The notes under the pieces were generated by a model. That model searched no databases. It saw nothing but the letters and a program-made list of their open reading frames with translations, and was not told the origin of the DNA. From an uncultured Verrucomicrobiae bacterium (lineage in GTDB: Bacteria; Verrucomicrobiota; Verrucomicrobiia; Chthoniobacterales; UBA10450), in NCBI GenBank assembly GCA_963735805.1, contig CAVTMK010000001.1:32001-96000 (forward strand): a stretch of 64,000 bases of DNA. The letters run 5' to 3'. This document shows, one piece after another, positions 1-7,350 of this stretch. A program made the translations under genes and the position numbers. Every line of letters begins with the position of its first letter. The stretch's first letter is position 1.

Positions 1-491
1 ACTTTACCCAGCGTGTGCAGATATGGCCGCCAACGCCCGTACTGCTCCAAATCTTCAGCTACATGTTTGGAAATCAGGATGTGGCCCGCATCGCCGCAGT
101 GCATCACGCGTTGGGCCACGTTCATGCCTGAGCCGGCTACGTTCGCGCGCCCGTTCACGTCGACAACGCCACTAACGGGACCGCTGTGCACTCCCATGCG
201 CAGGCGCAGTTCGGGATGCTCCTTAAGCGATCGACTTACTTCGAGCGCGCATTGAACCGGCGCTTCCGGGCTACGATAAAAGACCAGCGCCATTCCGTCA
301 CCTGTCGAAATCTTGACCAACTTTCCGGCTGCTTCGGCACTCCGGAATTCAGCCGTCCCGCGAACAAGCTGGTTCAGTGTGTCGATTAACTCCCGTTGGT
401 CGTCAATCAAAAGCCTGGAGTAACCGACCGTGTCGATGAACAACACGTGGGCGATCTCCAGCTCGATTTCTTTCTCGACCTGAAGGGACAT
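1..491 (-). CDS. Class III adenylate/guanylate cyclase domain protein, 3'-truncated by the window edge
   Basis: Not in the ORF track. Manual translation from ATG 491: MSLQVEKEIELEIAHVLFIDTVGYSRLL...STGDGMALVF...LRMGVHSGPV...AGSGMNVAQRV, which are class III cyclase motifs. Confidence 0.88.
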   Translation of the reverse strand, partial: MSLQVEKEIELEIAHVLFIDTVGYSRLLIDDQRELIDTLNQLVRGTAEFRSAEAAGKLVKISTGDGMALVFYRSPEAPVQCALEVSRSLKEHPELRLRMGVHSGPVSGVVDVNGRANVAGSGMNVAQRVMHCGDAGHILISKHVAEDLEQYGRWRPYLHTLGK

Positions 492-607
492 TTCCCGATC
501 TGCCCCGCAAACTAACATAACACGCGATTGTGAGGTTGTGATTTCTTTGCTCAGCCTGCATTGGTGTTGGCACGTTTGGATTTCCGTACTACGTTTTGAA
601 GTGATGT

Positions 608-1921
608 CTATCGATGGTGTCCGTGGACTGGCTGGAAGTAGTGTTTCTCGAGGTAGTGGGCGACCTTCTTGCCGAGCTTGGCTCCCTGCTCATCGGCGGT
701 GCGGAAGTGTATGCCGGCCCACACTCGTGCATCGATGACCTCCTCGAGCGCGTCCGAGAATCGGTCGAAGCTCCGCGTGGTACAGGATTTGTTGCTGAAA
801 GCGCTGAAGCCAATCCTGTCGGTGCCGAAGAAGTTCTTCAGCGTGTGCGTGAACGCAGCGGTCGCGGAGGCGTGGCCCGAGGGGTGATCAGGGAATGGCG
901 GCGTGAAGAGCAGCGGCGGATTGCAGACAGGTATCGATGGATCGAACAGCGGTAGCCACGTCGGATCGGCCTGGGTTGCGGGATTGCCGTCAGTGTCGGC
1001 CTCGCGGATGGCCGTGATCGGCCGCCAGAACTGAAAGTAGTACTTGTCGTTCCAGCATCCGATCAGCGCGTCAGCGGCAGCCATGTTCTCCATCGCGAAG
1101 AAGCGGGCATTTTCGATGATGTCCAAGTGTTGGCTGGCGGCCAGCGCGCGAAAGATCCGGTTCCAGAGCGCCATCGCTTGATCCTGCCAGAATATAGCAG
1201 CATCGGTCTGGTCCGCCGTTCGGGTTATGCTCGTGAGTGAGCCCACCTCCTTGACCTCGTTAAAATCCTCCGCGTATTCGGCACTCGTGAGTGCGTTCGG
1301 TCCATCGGTGCGGAACATCGTTGCGCTCGGCAAGAGAAATGGCCGCACATTCCCGACCCACGGCGAGGGATCGTTCGCGAAGTTTGGCGGTGTCGGCCGC
1401 CAGATCCCCGGCGCTGGCGGGTACAAGGCTGGGGGCGGTCCGAAGCGTCCGTCGTTCGTTCGCGCGGTGAGCATTGCGCTAGCTGTGGCCGCGCCAATAG
1501 CAATCCCGGCTGCTCTCGATCCCGGCGGGTTGTCAGGCAGAGCCGCTATGTACGCATCATAGAGCGGCTGGAGCGTCCCGACCTGACCTGGGAATACACC
1601 GACGAGCACCTGGAACGCCGCCGTCGCCGCGGCCGCTTCCTTCGAGTCCGTCGGATTTGATGGAGGCTGCACGAGGTACGGCCGGTGGCCACGGTCGATC
1701 GCGTTGACCGCGTCATACACAGCCCCGTGCACCATTGCGAAGTGCAGCACCGACACCGGCGGCGGCTGCCCGGCAGTCACGACGATCGCGTTCGACGCGA
1801 TCAGGTTCCAGTCAGTCACAGCGTCCGCGCGCGCGACCGCAGGTAAGACAAGCGCGACGAACACCTGTGCGATCAGAAGTGGTAGAATGGATATTTTTGT
1901 AAACTGAGTTAATGGGTTCAT
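608..1921 (-). CDS. Secreted vanadium-dependent haloperoxidase-like protein (PAP2 superfamily)
   Basis: Motifs KYYFQFWRP, FPDHPSGH and ARVWAGIHF; signal peptide ending ARA-D. Start set at MNPLTQ, with an AAGGA RBS upstream. Confidence 0.85.
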   Translation of the reverse strand: MNPLTQFTKISILPLLIAQVFVALVLPAVARADAVTDWNLIASNAIVVTAGQPPPVSVLHFAMVHGAVYDAVNAIDRGHRPYLVQPPSNPTDSKEAAAATAAFQVLVGVFPGQVGTLQPLYDAYIAALPDNPPGSRAAGIAIGAATASAMLTARTNDGRFGPPPALYPPAPGIWRPTPPNFANDPSPWVGNVRPFLLPSATMFRTDGPNALTSAEYAEDFNEVKEVGSLTSITRTADQTDAAIFWQDQAMALWNRIFRALAASQHLDIIENARFFAMENMAAADALIGCWNDKYYFQFWRPITAIREADTDGNPATQADPTWLPLFDPSIPVCNPPLLFTPPFPDHPSGHASATAAFTHTLKNFFGTDRIGFSAFSNKSCTTRSFDRFSDALEEVIDARVWAGIHFRTADEQGAKLGKKVAHYLEKHYFQPVHGHHR

Positions 1922-1965
1922 TGGTTGTTCCTTTCCTTGGTTTCGTTGTTTGGCTTTCATCTCGA

Positions 1966-1995
1966 TAAGGCGCGAAAGAGCTTTCAAAGTGATCA
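1966..1995 (-). promoter_or_regulatory. Putative ECF promoter TGATCAC-N16-CGCCTTA (copy 1)
   Basis: Conserved with identical spacing upstream of the FG-GAP gene (3161-3190). Confidence 0.55.
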
Positions 1996-2250
1996 TCTAA
2001 ATTGAGATTTTTTTCCGAGACGTATTGAGCGTCAGCTTCTTGGCAGAGCTAGTGTGGAAAGGGAACGGCGTACCAACGTCCAACGTTCAATGCTGCATCG
2101 TCCGCTTTATTCACGAGACCTTTGCCCTCTCATTCCAAGCGAAGTCGCCTGCCCGGCCGTAGCTTTATGCGTCGGGAGGAATCTCTTACTTTTTTGACTG
2201 CGGAGAAGCGGGTTTTTGCTTCTGAGTTTCTCGCGACGGATGAGCAGCGT

Positions 2251-3120
2251 TTACAAGCAACAGCCATAGTCCCACGGATCACAAAAATCGGCGAAGCTCC
2301 AGCCAACAGGAAGAGTTGGGCCGTACGCGCCGCTGATGAAAACGTTGTTGCTAAGGTACCAGATCGCGGTCTGACGTGTGGTCGCAGCGTAGAGCACATA
2401 GTCGGGGTAGCCGTCGCCGTTAAAGTCGGCTGTACCTACCAAGTCCCAGCCGCTGGGGATAGTCGGCCCGTAAGCGCCTCCAACAAGCGTTCGCCCAGAC
2501 AAATACAAGATCGCGGTCTGGCGCGTGCCGTTCTCGAGGAGATAATCAGGATGGCCGTCGCGATTAAAATCCGCTACTCCCACCACACTCCAGCCTACCG
2601 GAAGTGTTGGTCCGAAATCTCCGCCAACGTACACATTGTTGCTAAGATACCAGATCGCGGTCTGACGTGTGGTCGCATTGTAGAGCACATAGTCGGGGTA
2701 GCCGTCACCGTTAAAGTCGCCAATACCCTCCCATCCCCAGCCACTGGGAACGCTCGGCCCGTAAGCACCTCCAACAAGCGTTCGCCCAGATAAATACCAG
2801 ATCGCTGTGTCGGGCGAAATACCGGAATCGAGCAAGAGATAATCTGGGTGGCCGTCGCGATTAAAATCCGCTACGCCAGCTAAAATGTACCAGCCAGCTA
2901 CAAGAGTCGGGCCGGACCCGCCGCTGATGAAAACGTTGTTGTTCAGATACCAGATCACCGTTTGACGCGGGCAGGCCTTATGAAGCACAAAGTCCGGGTG
3001 GCCGTCACCGTTAAAGTCACTTATTGCAGCCTGGGCTGTACCAGCAGCCCACGCGACGAGCACTAGTGCGATGAGAGGTGGTACAAGTGGTATTTTTTTG
3101 AACTGGGTTAGCGGATTCAT
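2251..3120 (-). CDS. Secreted FG-GAP/VCBS-like repeat protein
   Basis: Five DFN(G/R)DG(H/Y)PD repeats; signal peptide ending AQA-A. Confidence 0.85.
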   Translation of the reverse strand: MNPLTQFKKIPLVPPLIALVLVAWAAGTAQAAISDFNGDGHPDFVLHKACPRQTVIWYLNNNVFISGGSGPTLVAGWYILAGVADFNRDGHPDYLLLDSGISPDTAIWYLSGRTLVGGAYGPSVPSGWGWEGIGDFNGDGYPDYVLYNATTRQTAIWYLSNNVYVGGDFGPTLPVGWSVVGVADFNRDGHPDYLLENGTRQTAILYLSGRTLVGGAYGPTIPSGWDLVGTADFNGDGYPDYVLYAATTRQTAIWYLSNNVFISGAYGPTLPVGWSFADFCDPWDYGCCL

Positions 3121-3160
3121 TGTTGTTCCTTTCTTTGTCGTTGTTTGGCTTCCATCGTGG

Positions 3161-3190
3161 TAAGGTGCGAAAGAGCGATCAAAGTGATCA
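3161..3190 (-). promoter_or_regulatory. Putative ECF promoter TGATCAC-N16-CACCTTA (copy 2)
   Basis: Same motif and spacing as 1966-1995; divergent from the ECF sigma gene. Confidence 0.55.
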
Positions 3191-3268
3191 TCTGAATTTG
3201 GATTTTCTTCGGAGACGCTTTCTGCGTGCAGGAACTGTTTCGGCTTGGTAGCCTATGAGGACCAAGTT

Positions 3269-3847
3269 ATGGATACGCCTTCGGTCTCTCAGCAGAGAGT
3301 GACCGATCTCCTGACGCGATGGAGTGAAGGGGACGATGCTGTTCTCACGGAATTAACTCCGCTCGTCTATGAGGAACTCCGACGCCTTGCGCATCGTCAG
3401 ATGGGCGCGGAACGTCCGGACCACACACTGCAAACGACGGCGCTCGTTAGCGAGGCTTATCTGCGCCTGGCCGACCAAACCAATCCACGCTGGCAAAACC
3501 GTGCCCACTTCTTCGCTGTGGCCGCCCGCGCGATGCGCCAAATCCTGGTTAGCTACGCCAGGAGTCAGCGAGCGGAAAAGCGCGGTGGCGGCGCGCTCAA
3601 GATAGAATTGGACGAGGCAGCGCTGATTTCACCGGAGGAATCAAAGCAGATCGTCGATCTGCACGAGGCACTGGAAACGCTGGCCACGCTCGACTCCAGA
3701 AAAGCTCAAGTAGTCGAGCTGAAATATTTTGGCGGTCTCAATTACGACGAGATGGCAGAAGTGCTTAAGATTTCGCCTGTGACAGTGAGGCGCGACTGGA
3801 GATTTGCCAAGGCCTGGCTGTACACAGAATTGCAGAACGCGGACTGA
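3269..3847 (+). CDS. ECF sigma factor, kinase-associated (TIGR02999/ECF43-like)
   Basis: VTDLL..W..GD, LVYEELRRLA, HTLQTTALVSEAYLRL, FFAVAARAMRQILV and TVRRDWRFAKAWL motifs; GAGGA RBS; adjacent Ser/Thr kinase. Confidence 0.92.
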   Translation: MDTPSVSQQRVTDLLTRWSEGDDAVLTELTPLVYEELRRLAHRQMGAERPDHTLQTTALVSEAYLRLADQTNPRWQNRAHFFAVAARAMRQILVSYARSQRAEKRGGGALKIELDEAALISPEESKQIVDLHEALETLATLDSRKAQVVELKYFGGLNYDEMAEVLKISPVTVRRDWRFAKAWLYTELQNAD

Positions 3848-3970
3848 TAGAAATGACGAAGCTCGAATGACGAATGACTTCGCCTCGCTAAATCGTCAAA
3901 TTGTTGAACCGTTCAACCGGAAATCCGAATGCATCCGATGTAACGCTTTAACGAGTCCCGTTCTTAAATC

Positions 3971-6900
3971 ATGACGCCGGCGCGGTTCCAAACGATTGAG
4001 AAAATCTTCCTTGCCGCGCTGGAACAAGAGCCGGACCAAGTTAACGCATTTTTGGATACGGCTTGCGAAAGCGACGCGGTTTTGCGGCGTGAAGTTGAAG
4101 CGCTTCTGGCTTCAGATCAACGAGCAGGCCAGTTTATAGAAACATCAAGTGTTGGTCTCGCGACGAAGGTTATTCAAAATCAGCAGGCTGATTCGCTCGT
4201 CGGTCGGACGATCGGTCACTACAAAATTTCTGAAGCGATCGGTACCGGTGGGATGGGTGAAGTCTATCTGGCCACTGACATCACAGCGGGTCGCAAAGCC
4301 GCGCTCAAACTTTTGCCATTGCGCTTTACTGGTGACGTTGAGCGGCTGAAGCGGTTTCAACAAGAAGCGCACGCGGTGGTCGGGCTGAATCATCCAAATA
4401 TCCTGACCGTTTACGAGATCGGCGAGGATCACTCGACTCATTACATCGCCAGCGAACTGATCGAAGGCGAGACCCTGCGTCAACGTCTGATGCGCGGTCG
4501 AATCCAGGTCGGTGAAGCTGTTGACGTCGCGATCCAGGTGGCGGGGGCGCTCGCCGCCGCCGACGAAACAGGCATTGTCCATCGCGACATCAAGCCGGAG
4601 AACATCATGCTTCGACCGGACGGCTACGTGAAGGTGCTCGATTTTGGCATTGCAAAGCTTGCCGAATCCGCCTTCGCCGAGACTACAGCGGACGGGGCAG
4701 AACCGATGACACTGGCCGAGACCAACCTGGGATCAATCCTGGGAACCGTTCGTTACATGTCGCCGGAGCAGGCGTGTCCCGCAGTCGGCGGGATTGATAA
4801 ACGCACCGATATCTGGAGTCTTGGTGTAGTCCTTTACGAAATGGTAACCGGGCATGCGCCATTCACTGGCGACAAACCGCAAGACGTCATGTCTGCGATT
4901 CTTGAGACGGAGCCACCTCCGCTCTCGCGCTACATTGCGCCCCCGCCCGCTGAGCTTCAGCAGATCATCAACAAAACGCTGCGGAAAAATCGCGAGGAAC
5001 GGTATGGCAGCGCAAACGATCTGCTTCAGGCGCTCAAAGATCTTCGTCACAAATTGGAAGTCGAGGCAGACTCGGCACACGCCGCCGCGGCTCCTTTTTG
5101 GCTGCGCTGGATGCGGTCGCCCGCTGCCCTGGCGCTCGTAGTGTTGGTAGCTGCTGTAGCGCTAGCGCTTCCGTTCTACAGGCATCGGAATCGGAATGTG
5201 ACAACGAGCTCACCACCAGAAAAAAGTATCGCCGTGCTGCCATTCCTCGATCTTAGCAAGGCAAAAGACCAGGAGTATTTCTGCGACGGCATGAGCGAGG
5301 AGATCCTCGAAGCCCTGGCTAAAGTCGAGGGGCTGCGTGTCGTTGCCCGCACCTCGTCATTTTCATTCAAAGGGAACAGCGTGAATGCGATGGAGGTTGG
5401 GGAAAAACTAAACGTTGCCAACGTCCTTGAAGGAAGTTTGCGACGAGAGGGTAACCGCGTTCGCGTTACCGCCGAATTGATTAATGCGCGCAGCGGTTTT
5501 CACCTTTGGACGGAAACTTACGACCGCAACTTGGAGGACGTGTTTGCGCTACAGGATGAAATAACTCGCGCAATTGTTGATGCGCTTAAGGTTAAGCTCG
5601 CTGTTTCGCCCCCCGCCCGGCAACAACCTAGCACCGAGGTATACGATCTTTACCTCCAGGGCCTTTATTTTTCAAACAAGAGCAGCGAGGAGGATTTGCG
5701 AAGGGCGCTCAGTTTCTTTCAGCGCGCCGTCGAGAAAGATCCGACCTTTTCGCGTGCTTGGACCGGGATCGCGAAGGTTTGGTATTTTCTGGCTGACGTT
5801 TACGTAAAGCCACTCGACGCTTACCCAGCGTCAAAAGAGGCCGCGTTAAAGGCAATCGCGCTCGACGAGAAGGATGCCGAGGCGCATTGCTACCTGAGCG
5901 AAGCGAAACGTGTCCTCGACTGGGACCTGGCCGGCGCGGAAGCAGAATTGAATCGCGCCCTCGAGCTTGATTCAAACTCGGCGCCCGCTCACTTCTTCTC
6001 GGCACTGCTCCCGCTCTTCCGCGGCGAACTAAAAGAAGGACTCCGGCTTGTGTTGGAAGCTGAGAAATTAGATCCGGTGTCGCCCATCGTCAGCTACGTT
6101 GCCACGGCCGCCTACCTCGCTAACGACCGGATCGACGAGGCAATTAGTGAAGGTCAGCGGACGTTGCAGCTCGATCCAAATTACTTCTATCTTGATTCGG
6201 ATCTCGCCGCTGCCTATCGCGAGAAAGGAAACTTCGTCGAAGCGATTGCGCTTTACACCAAAGCCCAAGAGGCGACCCATCTCCCGAGCAGCGGCCTTGC
6301 CATCACCTACGCGCGCATGGGGCGCGAGATGGAGGCACAAAATATTCTCGCTCAGCTTCTGCAAGCCAGGGAAAAGCGATATGTTTCGGCGCCTGTGATC
6401 GCGGCAGTTTACGTCGCGTTCGGCGACAAAGACGAAGCTTTCCGCTGGCTCGAACGCGCCTTTGCGGAGCACTCGGGAATACTACAGTGGATCGCGTTTC
6501 TTCCCGAATTTCGTCCGCTCCATTCCGATGCACGTTTCCCCCACCTACTGCGGCGAATCGGCGTCTCGCAGAACTCAACTTTGGCGATCACCGAAACAAC
6601 TCTGTCAGAGGCAGTCGATCCGAACGCTCAGAATCACTTCACCCTCAAAGTTGGAGTAAAGCCACGACCGGGTACGCAGAATGGGCACGCAAGTATTATC
6701 GTCTCCTTCTACGACCGGACGAAAGATAACAAAATGAAGCCGACTGATGCGCGGACAAGTTATAGTTGGCTTAACGCTTCCGAGGACTGGACGGATGCAA
6801 CTCCGAAATTCCTGGTAGCGACGTACGTGCGTCCAAAGACCCAATCACGTTCAGCTGACGGACGCGAGTATGGGGGATTCATTGTCCGAGTGTATTTTGA

Positions 6901-6997
6901 CGGCCAGTTACAGGATGCGCGAGCGACGCCACCGGAATTACTGACGCTGTTTCCGGCTTCAGATCAGCTCGCTCCTTCACCCAGTGGTGCCCGATAA
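3971..6997 (+). CDS. Membrane Ser/Thr protein kinase with TolB-like N, TPR and extra C-terminal domains
   Basis: GTGGMGEV, HRDIKPEN, DFG and YMSPEQ motifs; transmembrane helix LALVVLVAAVALAL; KSIAVLPF domain; TPR repeats. Confidence 0.95.
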   Translation: MTPARFQTIEKIFLAALEQEPDQVNAFLDTACESDAVLRREVEALLASDQRAGQFIETSSVGLATKVIQNQQADSLVGRTIGHYKISEAIGTGGMGEVYLATDITAGRKAALKLLPLRFTGDVERLKRFQQEAHAVVGLNHPNILTVYEIGEDHSTHYIASELIEGETLRQRLMRGRIQVGEAVDVAIQVAGALAAADETGIVHRDIKPENIMLRPDGYVKVLDFGIAKLAESAFAETTADGAEPMTLAETNLGSILGTVRYMSPEQACPAVGGIDKRTDIWSLGVVLYEMVTGHAPFTGDKPQDVMSAILETEPPPLSRYIAPPPAELQQIINKTLRKNREERYGSANDLLQALKDLRHKLEVEADSAHAAAAPFWLRWMRSPAALALVVLVAAVALALPFYRHRNRNVTTSSPPEKSIAVLPFLDLSKAKDQEYFCDGMSEEILEALAKVEGLRVVARTSSFSFKGNSVNAMEVGEKLNVANVLEGSLRREGNRVRVTAELINARSGFHLWTETYDRNLEDVFALQDEITRAIVDALKVKLAVSPPARQQPSTEVYDLYLQGLYFSNKSSEEDLRRALSFFQRAVEKDPTFSRAWTGIAKVWYFLADVYVKPLDAYPASKEAALKAIALDEKDAEAHCYLSEAKRVLDWDLAGAEAELNRALELDSNSAPAHFFSALLPLFRGELKEGLRLVLEAEKLDPVSPIVSYVATAAYLANDRIDEAISEGQRTLQLDPNYFYLDSDLAAAYREKGNFVEAIALYTKAQEATHLPSSGLAITYARMGREMEAQNILAQLLQAREKRYVSAPVIAAVYVAFGDKDEAFRWLERAFAEHSGILQWIAFLPEFRPLHSDARFPHLLRRIGVSQNSTLAITETTLSEAVDPNAQNHFTLKVGVKPRPGTQNGHASIIVSFYDRTKDNKMKPTDARTSYSWLNASEDWTDATPKFLVATYVRPKTQSRSADGREYGGFIVRVYFDGQLQDARATPPELLTLFPASDQLAPSPSGAR

Positions 6998-7350
6998 ATC
7001 CGTCATGCTGTAGCGGTGGTCTGCGGCCGTCACTCGAATCGCGATCGACAGGGTGATGCTTTCCTTCGACCCCGCGCCGGGCAGAAGGCGAGGATCGGTC
7101 CAAATGAATCTTGTTGTTTGTCGGGAACTTTGCTAAGACGACGCAAGTCTAACGAAAGGAGGCTTGTCATCAAGCGACCATTCATCTGGTGTGCCGGATC
7201 GGGCATAGTCGGAATTCCTTTGCTTCTAGCCTCGATCTCATTTGGCCAGGAGACTGTGTCCACATCTCGGGACGCTGACCAACGTGTCGCCATAGTAGCG
7301 GAGGTAATCGTCACCGGCTCAAACATTCCTACCGCTGAAGAAGTCGGCCC
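6934..7350 (+). repeat. ~415 bp direct repeat, copy 1 (kinase 3' end + intergenic + TBDR N-terminus)
   Basis: Near-identical to 10279-10693. Confidence 0.92.
7124..7152 (+). promoter_or_regulatory. SigmaE-type ECF promoter GGAACTT-N16-GTCTAA
   Basis: Matches the RpoE/ECF02-like consensus; just upstream of AGGAGG; identical copy at 10468. Confidence 0.7.

Noticed and set aside
13..389. Plus-strand ORFs of 80 and 67 aa
   Set aside because: They are antisense shadows of the minus-strand cyclase gene. Most other short ORFs in the track are likewise shadows.
2251..3020. CRISPR-like repeats
   Set aside because: These are coding FG-GAP repeats with no unique spacers and no cas genes.
3231..3256. 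SigmaE promoter for the ECF43-like gene (GGAACT...GCCTAT)
   Set aside because: The spacer is too short and the -10 box is poor.
6998..7120. Cobalamin or other riboswitch upstream of the TBDRs
   Set aside because: A hairpin exists (CCTTC..CCCG/CGGG..GAAGG), but I see no B12-box or TPP motif, and it lies upstream of the predicted promoter.
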